Part shown: positions 1 to 7,091 of the stretch, in pieces | Layout of the letters: every line of letters begins with the position of its first letter | Position numbering within the stretch: position 1 is the stretch's first letter | IMG/VR virus record: IMGVR_UViG_2698536571_000006 | DNA length: 7,766 nt | Strand: one strand, 5' to 3' | Origin: a virus | Taxonomy: Duplodnaviria > Heunggongvirae > Uroviricota > Caudoviricetes | Translations under genes and position numbers: made by a program | Notes under the pieces: model-generated | Seen by the model: the letters and a program-made list of their open reading frames with translations, nothing else | What the model was told of the DNA's origin: nothing | Databases searched by the model: none

Positions 1-61
1 GAACCGTTCTGACAGCTTCGGCTTTGAACTCTTTAGAGTAACGTTGGGTTTTTCTGCTCAT
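1..61 (-). CDS. IS3-family transposase OrfA, N-terminal 20 codons only (partial; runs off the window start)
   Basis: Minus-strand ATG at 61..59 with AAGGAG SD 6 nt upstream; translation MSRKTQRYSKEFKAEAVRTV is open to position 1. The K/R-x-YS-x-EFK-x-EAV pattern is the characteristic N-terminus of IS3-family OrfA. Confidence 0.7.
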   Translation of the reverse strand, partial: MSRKTQRYSKEFKAEAVRTV

Positions 62-125
62 TATTAGCTCCTTCTGATGCCATTCTATTTCAGGAAGGAG
101 TGTCCGTTAAACTCAGGCTACCTCA
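1..125 (-). mobile_element. IS3-family insertion sequence, terminal ~125 bp (left end with inverted-repeat terminus and 5' end of orfA); the element continues beyond the window start
   Basis: Read on the minus strand, the segment begins TGAGGTAGCCTGAG... (IS3-family ends typically start 5'-TG), followed by an AAGGAG Shine-Dalgarno (+ strand 68-73) and an ATG (+ strand 59-61) opening an ORF whose first 20 residues, MSRKTQRYSKEFKAEAVRTV, match the conserved N-terminus of IS3-family OrfA proteins. From memory it resembles IS600. The boundary at ~125 is approximate. Confidence 0.65.
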
Positions 126-465
126 GTCTGCTGATTTGAGTCGCTACAGTGGCACGGTGGTTAACCGTCCGACGTTTTTTGCTTTTGCAAAAGGCGCGGG
201 TGTGATGGGGGAAGCGGGACCTGAAGCCATTCTGCCACTGCGTCGCGGTGCTGATGGTAAGCTGGGGGGTGTGGCGGATACTGGTGGTTCAGGCATGGTG
301 ATGTTTGCCCCGCAGTACAACATTGAGATCAATAACGATGGCACGAACGGGCAGATAGGTCCGGCTGCCCTGAAGGTGGTTTATGACCTCGGGAAAAAAG
401 CGGCCGCGGACTTTATGCAACAGCAGGCCCGTGATGGTGGCCGGTTAAGTGGAGCATACCGGTAA
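126..465 (+). pseudogene. H: Tail tape measure protein (lambda H-like), 3' fragment of ~113 codons, 5'-truncated at the IS junction
   Basis: Open frame ending TAA 463-465 whose stop overlaps the ATG of M (TAATG), the arrangement expected for the H-M junction. Product SADLSRYSGTVVNRP...GGSGMVMFAPQYNIEINNDG...GAYR. Upstream, all three + frames contain stops within 1..99, so no full-length H can be present. The 100..465 track ORF starts at a GTG lying inside the IS terminus and is a chimera. Confidence 0.55.
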
Positions 466-794
466 TGGAGACGTTTCACTGGAAAGTGCGCCCGGATATG
501 AATGTGGTATCAGAGCCGAAAGTGGTGACAGTGAAGCTGGGCGATGGTTATGAACAGCGTCGTGCGGCGGGACTGAATAACCAGTTGTCGACTTACAGCG
601 TGAAGATACGTGTTCGTAAAGGTGAACACCCATTTTTAAAAGCCTTTCTGGAACGGCACGGTGGCGTCCGCGCATTTCAGTGGACGCCACCTTATGACTG
701 GAAGCCGATCAGGGTGGTTTGTCGTAAATGGTCGGCAAGCGTGGGGGCGTTGTGGGTAACCATAACGGCAGATTTTGAACAGGTCGTGGCATAG
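465..794 (+). CDS. M: Tail tip assembly protein M (lambda gpM-like), 109 aa
   Basis: Complete ATG-to-TAG ORF of 109 aa (METFHWKVRPDMNVV...), the same length as lambda gpM and strongly reminiscent of it from memory; position between the H remnant and L. Confidence 0.9.
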   Translation: METFHWKVRPDMNVVSEPKVVTVKLGDGYEQRRAAGLNNQLSTYSVKIRVRKGEHPFLKAFLERHGGVRAFQWTPPYDWKPIRVVCRKWSASVGALWVTITADFEQVVA

Positions 795-803
795 GAGGCT
801 CTG

Positions 804-1502
804 ATGCAGGATATTCCACAGGAAACACATCATGAGACGACACGCCTCACTCAGTCAGCCCAGGTGGTGCTCTGGGAAATCGATCTGACAGAGGTCGGTG
901 GTGAACGTTATTTTTTCTGTAATGAGCAGAACGAAAAAGGTGAGCCGGTTACCTGGCAGGGGCGGCAGTATCAGGCATACCCCATTCAGGGGACGGGATT
1001 TGAACTGAACGGCAAGGGCAGTGCTGCCCGTCCGACACTGACGGTTTCTAACCTGCACGGAATGGTCACCGGGATGGCGGAAGACCTGCAGAGTCTGGTC
1101 GGCGGAACGGTGGTCAGGCGTAAGGTTTACGCCCGTTTTCTGGATGCGGTGAACTTCGTCAACGGAAACAGCGACGCCGATCCGGAACAGGAGGTGATCA
1201 GCCGCTGGCGCATCGAGCAGTGCAGCGAACTGAGCGCGGTCAGTGCCTCTTTTGTGCTGGCCACACCAACGGAGACGGATGGCGCGGTTTTCCCGGGGCG
1301 TATCATGCTGGCGAATACCTGTATGTGGACTTACCGTTCTGATGAGTGTGGTTACACGGGCAGGGCAGTGGCTGACGAGTTCGACAAACCAACGACGGAT
1401 ATCCGGAAGGACAAATGCAGCAAGTGTATGCGCGGGTGTGAGTTGCGCAACAATACCGGTAATTTCGGCGGTTTCCTTTCCATCAATAAACTTTCTCAGT
1501 AA
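804..1502 (+). CDS. L: Minor tail protein L (lambda gpL-like), 232 aa, with a C-terminal cysteine cluster
   Basis: ATG at 804 preceded by AGGAGG SD (794-799); 232-aa ORF, the length of lambda gpL; C-terminal cysteines (CMWTYRSDECGYTG ... KCSKCMRGC) consistent with the metal-binding cluster described for gpL; synteny M-L-K. Confidence 0.9.
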   Translation: MQDIPQETHHETTRLTQSAQVVLWEIDLTEVGGERYFFCNEQNEKGEPVTWQGRQYQAYPIQGTGFELNGKGSAARPTLTVSNLHGMVTGMAEDLQSLVGGTVVRRKVYARFLDAVNFVNGNSDADPEQEVISRWRIEQCSELSAVSASFVLATPTETDGAVFPGRIMLANTCMWTYRSDECGYTGRAVADEFDKPTTDIRKDKCSKCMRGCELRNNTGNFGGFLSINKLSQ

Positions 1503-1506
1503 ATCC

Positions 1507-2250
1507 ATGACACAGACAGAATCAGCGATTCTGGCGCACGCCCGGCGATGTGCGCCAGCGGAGTCGTGTGGCTTCGTGGTAAGAACGCCGGAGGGAGACA
1601 GGTATCTTCCCAGCGAGAATATCTCCGGTGAGCCGGAGGAACGGTTCCGGATGGCTCCGGAGGACTGGCTGCGGGCACAAATGCAGGGTGAGATTGTGGC
1701 GCTGGTCCACAGTCATCCCGGTGGTCTGCCCTGGCTGAGTGAGGCTGACCGGCGGCTGCAGGTGCAGAGTGATTTGCCGTGGTGGCTGGTCTGCCGGGGG
1801 GCGATTCACAAGTTCCGCTGTGTGCCGCATCTCACCGGGCGGCGCTTTGAGCACGGGGTGACGGACTGTTACACGCTGTTCCGGGATGCTTATCATCTGG
1901 CAGGGATTGAGATGCCGGATTTTCATCGCGGGGATGACTGGTGGCGTAACGGTCAGAATCTCTATCTTGACAATATGGAGGTGACGGGTTTTTACCGTGT
2001 CGCACTGACAGAGGCACAGCCGGGCGATGTGCTGCTGTGCTGTTTTGGTTCATCGGTGCCGAATCATGCCGCCATTTACTGCGGTGACGGCGGGCTGCTG
2101 CACCATATTCCTGAACAACTGAGCAAACGAGAGAGGTACACCGACAAATGGCAGCGACGCACACACTCCCTCTGGCGTCACCGGGCATGGCGCGCATCTG
2201 CCTTTACGGGGATTTACAACGATTTGGTCGCCGCATCGACCTTCGTGTGA
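1507..2250 (+). CDS. K: Tail tip assembly protein K (lambda gpK-like) with MPN/JAMM and NlpC/P60 domains; start codon uncertain (ATG 1507, or internal ATG 1651 equivalent to the classical lambda annotation)
   Basis: ORF open from just after the L stop; ATG at 1507 gives 247 aa. Contains an exact JAMM motif HSHPGGLPWLSEAD (HxHx7Sx2D) and, further downstream, the Cys (TDCYT) and His (PNHAAIY) of an NlpC/P60-like domain. The internal ATG at 1651 has a GGAGGA SD. The 3' end overlaps I by 103 nt out of frame, as in lambda. Confidence 0.85.
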   Translation: MTQTESAILAHARRCAPAESCGFVVRTPEGDRYLPSENISGEPEERFRMAPEDWLRAQMQGEIVALVHSHPGGLPWLSEADRRLQVQSDLPWWLVCRGAIHKFRCVPHLTGRRFEHGVTDCYTLFRDAYHLAGIEMPDFHRGDDWWRNGQNLYLDNMEVTGFYRVALTEAQPGDVLLCCFGSSVPNHAAIYCGDGGLLHHIPEQLSKRERYTDKWQRRTHSLWRHRAWRASAFTGIYNDLVAASTFV

Positions 2251-2789
2251 AAACGGGGGCTGAAGCCATCCGGGCACTGGCCACACAGCTCCCGGCGTTT
2301 CGTCAGAAACTGAGTGACGGCTGGTATCAGGTGCGCATTGCCGGGCGTGATGCAGGTGAAACCGAATTGTCTGCCCGTCTTAATGAGCCGCTGGCAAATG
2401 GTGCAGTGATCCACATAGTACCGCGTCTGGTGGGAGCTAAAAGTGGCGGTGTGTTTCAGGCGGTGCTGGGGGCGGCTGTTATGGCGGTTGCTATATGGAT
2501 GCCGGGGGTAGGAATTATGGCGAGTAATCTGCTGTTTTCTCTCGGTGCCAGTATGACGCTTGGCGGTGTTGCACAGATGCTGGCACCGAAAGCCAGAACT
2601 CCCCGTACACAGACAACGGATAACGGTAAGCAGAACACGTATTTCTCGTCACTGGATAACATGGTTGCCCAGGGCAATGTTCTGCCCGTTCTGTACGGTG
2701 AAATGCGCGTGGGGTCACGTGTGGTTTCTCAGGAGATCAGCACGGCAGACGAAGGGGATGGTGGTCAGGTTGTGGTGATTGGTCGCTGA
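2148..2789 (+). CDS. I: Tail tip assembly protein I (lambda gpI-like), 213 aa
   Basis: ATG at 2148 with GAGAGG SD upstream; overlaps the K 3' end in a different frame; a hydrophobic Gly/Ala-rich segment mid-protein; position immediately upstream of J. Confidence 0.85.
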   Translation: MAATHTLPLASPGMARICLYGDLQRFGRRIDLRVKTGAEAIRALATQLPAFRQKLSDGWYQVRIAGRDAGETELSARLNEPLANGAVIHIVPRLVGAKSGGVFQAVLGAAVMAVAIWMPGVGIMASNLLFSLGASMTLGGVAQMLAPKARTPRTQTTDNGKQNTYFSSLDNMVAQGNVLPVLYGEMRVGSRVVSQEISTADEGDGGQVVVIGR

Positions 2790-2807
2790 TGCAAAATGTT
2801 TTATGTG

Positions 2808-2830
2808 AAACCGCCTGCGGGCGGTTTTGT
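2808..2830 (+). terminator. GC-rich stem-loop in the I-J intergenic spacer (possible attenuator or RNA structure)
   Basis: AAACCGCC (2808-2815), loop TGCG, GGCGGTTT (2820-2827): an 8-bp perfect stem followed by a T-rich tract (TTTTGTCGTTT). J follows at 2850, so any termination must be partial. Confidence 0.3.
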
Positions 2831-2849
2831 CGTTTATGGAGCGTGAGGA

Positions 2850-5800
2850 ATGGGTAAAGGCAGCAGTAAGGGGCATACCCCGCGCGAAGCGAAGGACAAC
2901 CTGAAATCCACGCAGTTGCTGAGTGTGATTGATGCCATCAGCGAAGGGCCGGTTGACGGTCCGGTGGATGGATTAAAAAGCGTGCTGCTGAACGGTACGC
3001 CGGTCCTGGACAGCGAGGGGAAGACAAACTTTTCCGGTGTTACGGTGGTGTTCCGTGCAGGTGAGCAGGAGCAGACACCGCCGGAGGGTTTTGAATCCTC
3101 CGGCTCCGAGACGGTGCTGGGTACGGAAGTGAAATATGACACGCCGATCACCCGGACCATCACGTCGGCAAACATCGACCGTCTGCGCCTGACCTTCGGT
3201 GTGCAGGCACTGGTGGAAACCACCTCAAAGGGTGACCGGAATCCGTCGGAAGTCCGCCTGCTGGTTCAGATACAGCGTAACGGTGGCTGGGTGACGGAAA
3301 AAGACATCACCATTAAGGGCAAAACCACTTCGCAGTATCTGGCCTCGGTGGTGGTGGGTAACCTGCCGCCGCGCCCGTTTAATATCCGGATGCGCAGGAT
3401 GACACCGGACAGCACCACAGACCAGCTGCAGAACAAAACGCTCTGGTCGTCGTACACCGAAATCATCGATGTGAAACAGTGCTACCCGAACACGGCGCTG
3501 GTCGGCGTGCAGGTGGATTCAGAGCAGTTCGGTAACCAGCAGGTGAGTCGCAATTATCATCTTCGCGGGCGCATTCTGCAGGTGCCGTCGAACTATAACC
3601 CGCAGACGCGGCAATACAGCGGTATCTGGGACGGAACGCTTAAGCCAGCATACAGCAACAACATGGCCTGGTGTCTGTGGGACATGCTCACTCATCCGCG
3701 CTACGGCATGGGGAAACGTCTTGGTGCGGCAGATGTGGACAAATGGGCGCTGTATGTCATCGGCCAGTACTGCGACCAGTCAGTGACGGACGGATTTGGC
3801 GGCACGGAGCCGCGCATCACCTGTAACTCTTACCTGACCACACAGCGTAAGGCGTGGGATGTTCTCAGTGATTTCTGCTCGGCGATGCGCTGTATGCCGG
3901 TATGGAACGGACAGATGCTGACGTTCGTGCAGGACCGACCGTCGGATAAGGTGTGNNNNNNNNNNNNNNNNNNNNNNNNNNNNNNNNNNNNNNNNNNNNN
4001 NNNNNNNNNNNNNNNNNNNNNNNNNNNNNNNNNNNNNNNNNNNNNNNNNNNNNNNNNNNNNNNNNNNNNNNNNNNNNNNNNNNNNNNNNNNNNNNNNNNN
4101 NNNNNNNNNNNNNNNNNNNNNNNNNNNNNNNNNNNNNNNNNNNNNNNNNNNNNNNNNNNNNNNNNNNNNNNNNNNNNNNNNNNNNNNNNNNNNNNNNNNN
4201 NNNNNNNNNNNNNNNNNNNNNNNNNNNNCTGCTGGAAACGCAGACCGTGGACTTCAGCGTGGGCGCAGAAGGGCTTCGCCATGTACCGGGTGATGTCATT
4301 GAAATCTGCGATGATGATTATGCCGGTATCANNNNNNNNNNNNNNNNNNNNNNNNNNNNNNNNNNNNNNNNNNNNNNNNNNNNNNNNNNNNNNNNNNNNN
4401 NNNNNNNNNNNNNNNNNNNNNNNNNNNNNNNNNNNNNNNNNNNNNNNNNNNNNNNNNNNNNNNNNNNNNNNNNNNNNNNNNNNNNNNNNNNNNNNNNNNN
4501 NNNNNNNNNNNNNNNNNNNNNNNNNNNNNNNNNNNNNNNNNNNNNNNNNNNNNNNNNNNNNNNNNNNNNNNNNNNNNNNNNNNNNNNNGCTGCGTGAGTA
4601 TCCGTGAGAACGACGACGGCACGTATGCCATCACCGCCGTGCAGCATGTGCCGGAAAAAGAGGCCATCGTGGATAACGGGGCACACTTTGACGGTGACCG
4701 GCGCGGCACGGTGAATGGTGTCACGCCGCCAGCGGTGCAGCATCTGACCGCCGAAGTCACCGCAGACAGCGGGGAATATCAGGTGCTGGCGCGATGGGAC
4801 ACGCCGAAGGTGGTGAAGGGTGTGAGCTTCCTGCTTCGCCTGACCGTGGCAGCGGACGACGGCAGTGAGCGGCTGGTCAGCACAGCCAGGACGACGGAAA
4901 CCACATACCGCTTCAGGCAGCTGGCGCTGGGGAATTACAGTCTGACAGTCCGGGCGGTAAATGCCCGGGGGCAGCAGGGCGATCCGGCGTCGNNNNNNNN
5001 NNNNNNNNNNNNNNNNNNNNNNNNNNNNNNNNNNNNNNNNNNNNNNNNNNNNNNNNNNNNNNNNNNNNNNNNNNNNNNNNNNNNNNNNNNNNNNNNNNNN
5101 NNNNNNNNNNNNNNNNNNNNNNNNNNNNNNNNNNNNNNNNNNNNNNNNNNNNNNNNNNNNNNNNNNNNNNNNNNNNNNNNNNNNNNNNNNNNNNNNNNNN
5201 NNNNNNNNNNNNNNNNNNNNNNNNNNNNNNNNNNNNNNNNNNCGCAGTGTGAACACCGTTGGCAAATCGGCATTTGTGGAGGCCATCGGTCGGGCGAGCG
5301 ATGATGCAGAAGGTTATCTGAATTTTTATAAAGGGTTGATCAATAAAACGCATCTCGGCAAGGAGTTGTGGACGCAGATTGATAACGGTCAGCTTGCGCC
5401 GGACCTGACTGAAATCAGGACGTCCATTACGAATGTCAGCAATGAAATCACGCAAACCGTCAATAAAAAACTGGAAAATCAGAGTGCTGCAATCCAGCAG
5501 ATACAGAAAGTTCAGGTTGATACAAATAATAACCTGAACAGCATGTGGGCTGTGAAGCTGCAACAGATGAAGGACGGACGCCTTTATATTGCGGGTATCG
5601 GTGCCGGTATTGAGAATACGCCAGCAGGAATGCAGAGTCAGGTGCTGCTGGCGGCAGACAGGATTGCGATGATTAATCCTGCGAATGGCANNNNNNNNNN
5701 NNNNNNNNNNNNNNNNNNNNNNNNNNNNNNNNNNNNNNNNNNNNNNNNNNNNNNNNNNNNNNNNNNNNNNNNNNNNNNNNNNNNNNNNNNNNNNNNNNNN

Positions 5801-6361
5801 NNNNNNNNNNNNNNNNNNNNNNNNNNNNNNNNNNNNNNNNNNNNNNNNNNNNNNNNNNNNNNNNNNNNNNNNNNNNNNNNNNNNNNNNNNNNNNNNNNNN
5901 NNNNNNNNNNNNNNNNNNNNNNNNNNNNNNNNNNNNNNNNNNNNNNNNNNNNNNNNNNNNNNNNNNNGGGCAAACCTTTCCCACGGGACTCCCGGGCACC
6001 GGAGAGGTGGCCATCAGGGACCATTACCGTCAGGGTTTATGACGATCAGCCGTTTGATCGGCAAATTGTTATTCCCGCGGTGGCGTTTCGCGGTGCTAAA
6101 CATGAGCGGAAGAATAACAATATTTATTCGTCATGCCGCCTGATAGTGAAGAAAAACGGTGCTGAAATTTATAACCGAACGACCCTGGATAATACGCTGA
6201 TATATACGGGTGTTATTGATATGCCTGCCGGTCACGGTCACATGACGCTGGAGTTTTCTGTATCGGCATGGCTGGTAAATGGCTGGTATCCCACAGCAAG
6301 TATCAGCGATTTGCTGGTTGTGGTGATGAAGAAAGCCACTGCAGGCATCACGATTAGCTGA
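2850..6361 (+). CDS. J: Tail tip / host-specificity protein J (central tail fibre); lambda-like N-terminal and central parts, divergent C-terminal region; interrupted by four masked blocks, so reading-frame continuity is unverified
   Basis: ATG at 2850 (GGAG SD 2838-2841), N-terminus [34 protein letters not shown]... Readable segments continue the same protein in + frames through to TGA at 6359-6361. The frame in window coordinates changes across the first three masked blocks (codon starts mod 3: 0, then 2, then 1, then 2), so the gene is either frameshifted or the masks are not length-preserving. Confidence 0.7.
3956..4228. other. Masked block (273 N) inside J
   Basis: Run of N in the supplied sequence; content unknown. 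Confidence 1.
4332..4588. other. Masked block (257 N) inside J
   Basis: Run of N in the supplied sequence; content unknown. Confidence 1.
4993..5242. other. Masked block (250 N) inside J
   Basis: Run of N in the supplied sequence; content unknown. Confidence 1.
5691..5967. other. Masked block (277 N) inside the J C-terminal region
   Basis: Run of N in the supplied sequence; content unknown. Confidence 1.
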
Positions 6362-6380
6362 ATTTTATAACCCAGATACG

Positions 6381-6404
6381 GGCACCAGAAATGGTGCCTT
6401 TTTT
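6381..6404 (+). terminator. Putative rho-independent terminator downstream of J
   Basis: GGCACC (6381-6386), loop AGAAAT, GGTGCC (6393-6398), then TTTTTT (6399-6404); begins 20 nt after the J stop. Confidence 0.55.
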
Positions 6405-6428
6405 ATTGCAGAAAAGCGAGAGGTAATT

Positions 6429-7028
6429 ATGCGTAAAGTTTGTGCAGCCATTTTGTCCGCAGCCATCTGTCTGGCCGTATCCGGTGCGCCTGCATGGGCG
6501 TCTGAACATCAGTCCACGCTGAGCGCCGGGTATCTTCAGACCCATACTGATATGCCAGGCAGCGATGACCTGAAGGGCATTAACGTGAAATACCGTTATG
6601 AGTTTACGGACACGCTGGGGCTGATTACGTCATTCAGTTATGCCAACGCTGAAGATGAGCAAAAAACGCATTACAGCGATACCCGCTGGCATGAGGATTC
6701 CGTGCGTAACCGCTGGTTCAGCGTGATGGCGGGGCCGTCTGTGCGCGTGAATGAATGGTTCAGCGCGTATGCGATGGCGGGCGTGGCTTACAGCCGTGTG
6801 TCGACCTTCTCCGGGGATTATCTCCGCGTAACTGACAACAAGGGGAAAACGCACGATGTGCTGACCGGAAGTGATGGCGGTCGCCACAGCAACACGTCTC
6901 TGGCGTGGGGGGCTGGCGTGCAGTTTAACCCGACCGAATCCGTGGCCATTGACCTTGCTTATGAAGGTTCCGGCAGTGGTGACTGGCGCACTGACGGTTT
7001 CATCGTGGGTGTCGGTTATAAGTTCTGA
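6429..7028 (+). CDS. lom: Lom-like outer-membrane beta-barrel protein (Ail/Lom/OmpX/PagC family), 199 aa with signal peptide
   Basis: ATG at 6429 with GAGAGG SD (6418-6423). N-terminal signal peptide MRKVCAAILSAAICLAVSGAPAWA with an AWA cleavage motif; C-terminus AYEGSGSGDWRTDGFIVGVGYKF ending in Phe, which from memory matches the lambda Lom C-terminus; located between J and stf as in lambda. Confidence 0.85.
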   Translation: MRKVCAAILSAAICLAVSGAPAWASEHQSTLSAGYLQTHTDMPGSDDLKGINVKYRYEFTDTLGLITSFSYANAEDEQKTHYSDTRWHEDSVRNRWFSVMAGPSVRVNEWFSAYAMAGVAYSRVSTFSGDYLRVTDNKGKTHDVLTGSDGGRHSNTSLAWGAGVQFNPTESVAIDLAYEGSGSGDWRTDGFIVGVGYKF

Positions 7029-7055
7029 TTAGCCAGGTAACACAGTGTTATGACT

Positions 7056-7080
7056 GCCCGCTGGTTCAGGCGGGCTTTTT
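7056..7080 (+). terminator. Putative rho-independent terminator downstream of lom
   Basis: GCCCGC (7056-7061), 8-nt loop, GCGGGC (7070-7075), then TTTTT (7076-7080); begins 28 nt after the lom stop. Confidence 0.5.
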
Positions 7081-7091
7081 GTGGGGTGAAT

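Noticed and set aside
100-465. 121-aa ORF beginning at GTG 100 as an intact small gene
   Set aside because: The GTG directly abuts the GGAG with no spacer, and the first ~9 codons lie within the IS terminus; this is better explained as a chimeric read-through into a truncated tape measure 3' fragment.
855-1508. 217-aa minus-strand ORF antisense to L, and other minus-strand ORFs antisense to H, M, K, I and lom (144..344, 445..690, 636..833, 1496..2414, 2456..2718, 6354..6545, 6630..6887)
   Set aside because: They are fully embedded antisense to well-supported + strand genes in GC-rich DNA, with no SD or start context and no recognisable motifs; typical spurious open frames.
1243-2250. 335-aa ORF model for K starting upstream inside L
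   Set aside because: The open frame merely extends upstream in a different frame of L; the first ATG after the L stop is at 1507, consistent with lambda-like gene order and with MPN domain length.
3830-5563. Minus-strand and alternative-frame ORFs spanning masked blocks (e.g. 4318..5286, 4913..5563, 3953..4597)
   Set aside because: Their length comes largely from N runs translated as X; the unmasked portions are antisense or out of frame relative to J.
6362-6428. Independent sigma70 promoter for lom in the J-lom spacer
   Set aside because: The candidate hexamers (TTGCAG ... TAATTA) are only 12 nt apart and the -10 overlaps the start codon; no convincing -35/-10 pair with 16-18 nt spacing was found by eye.
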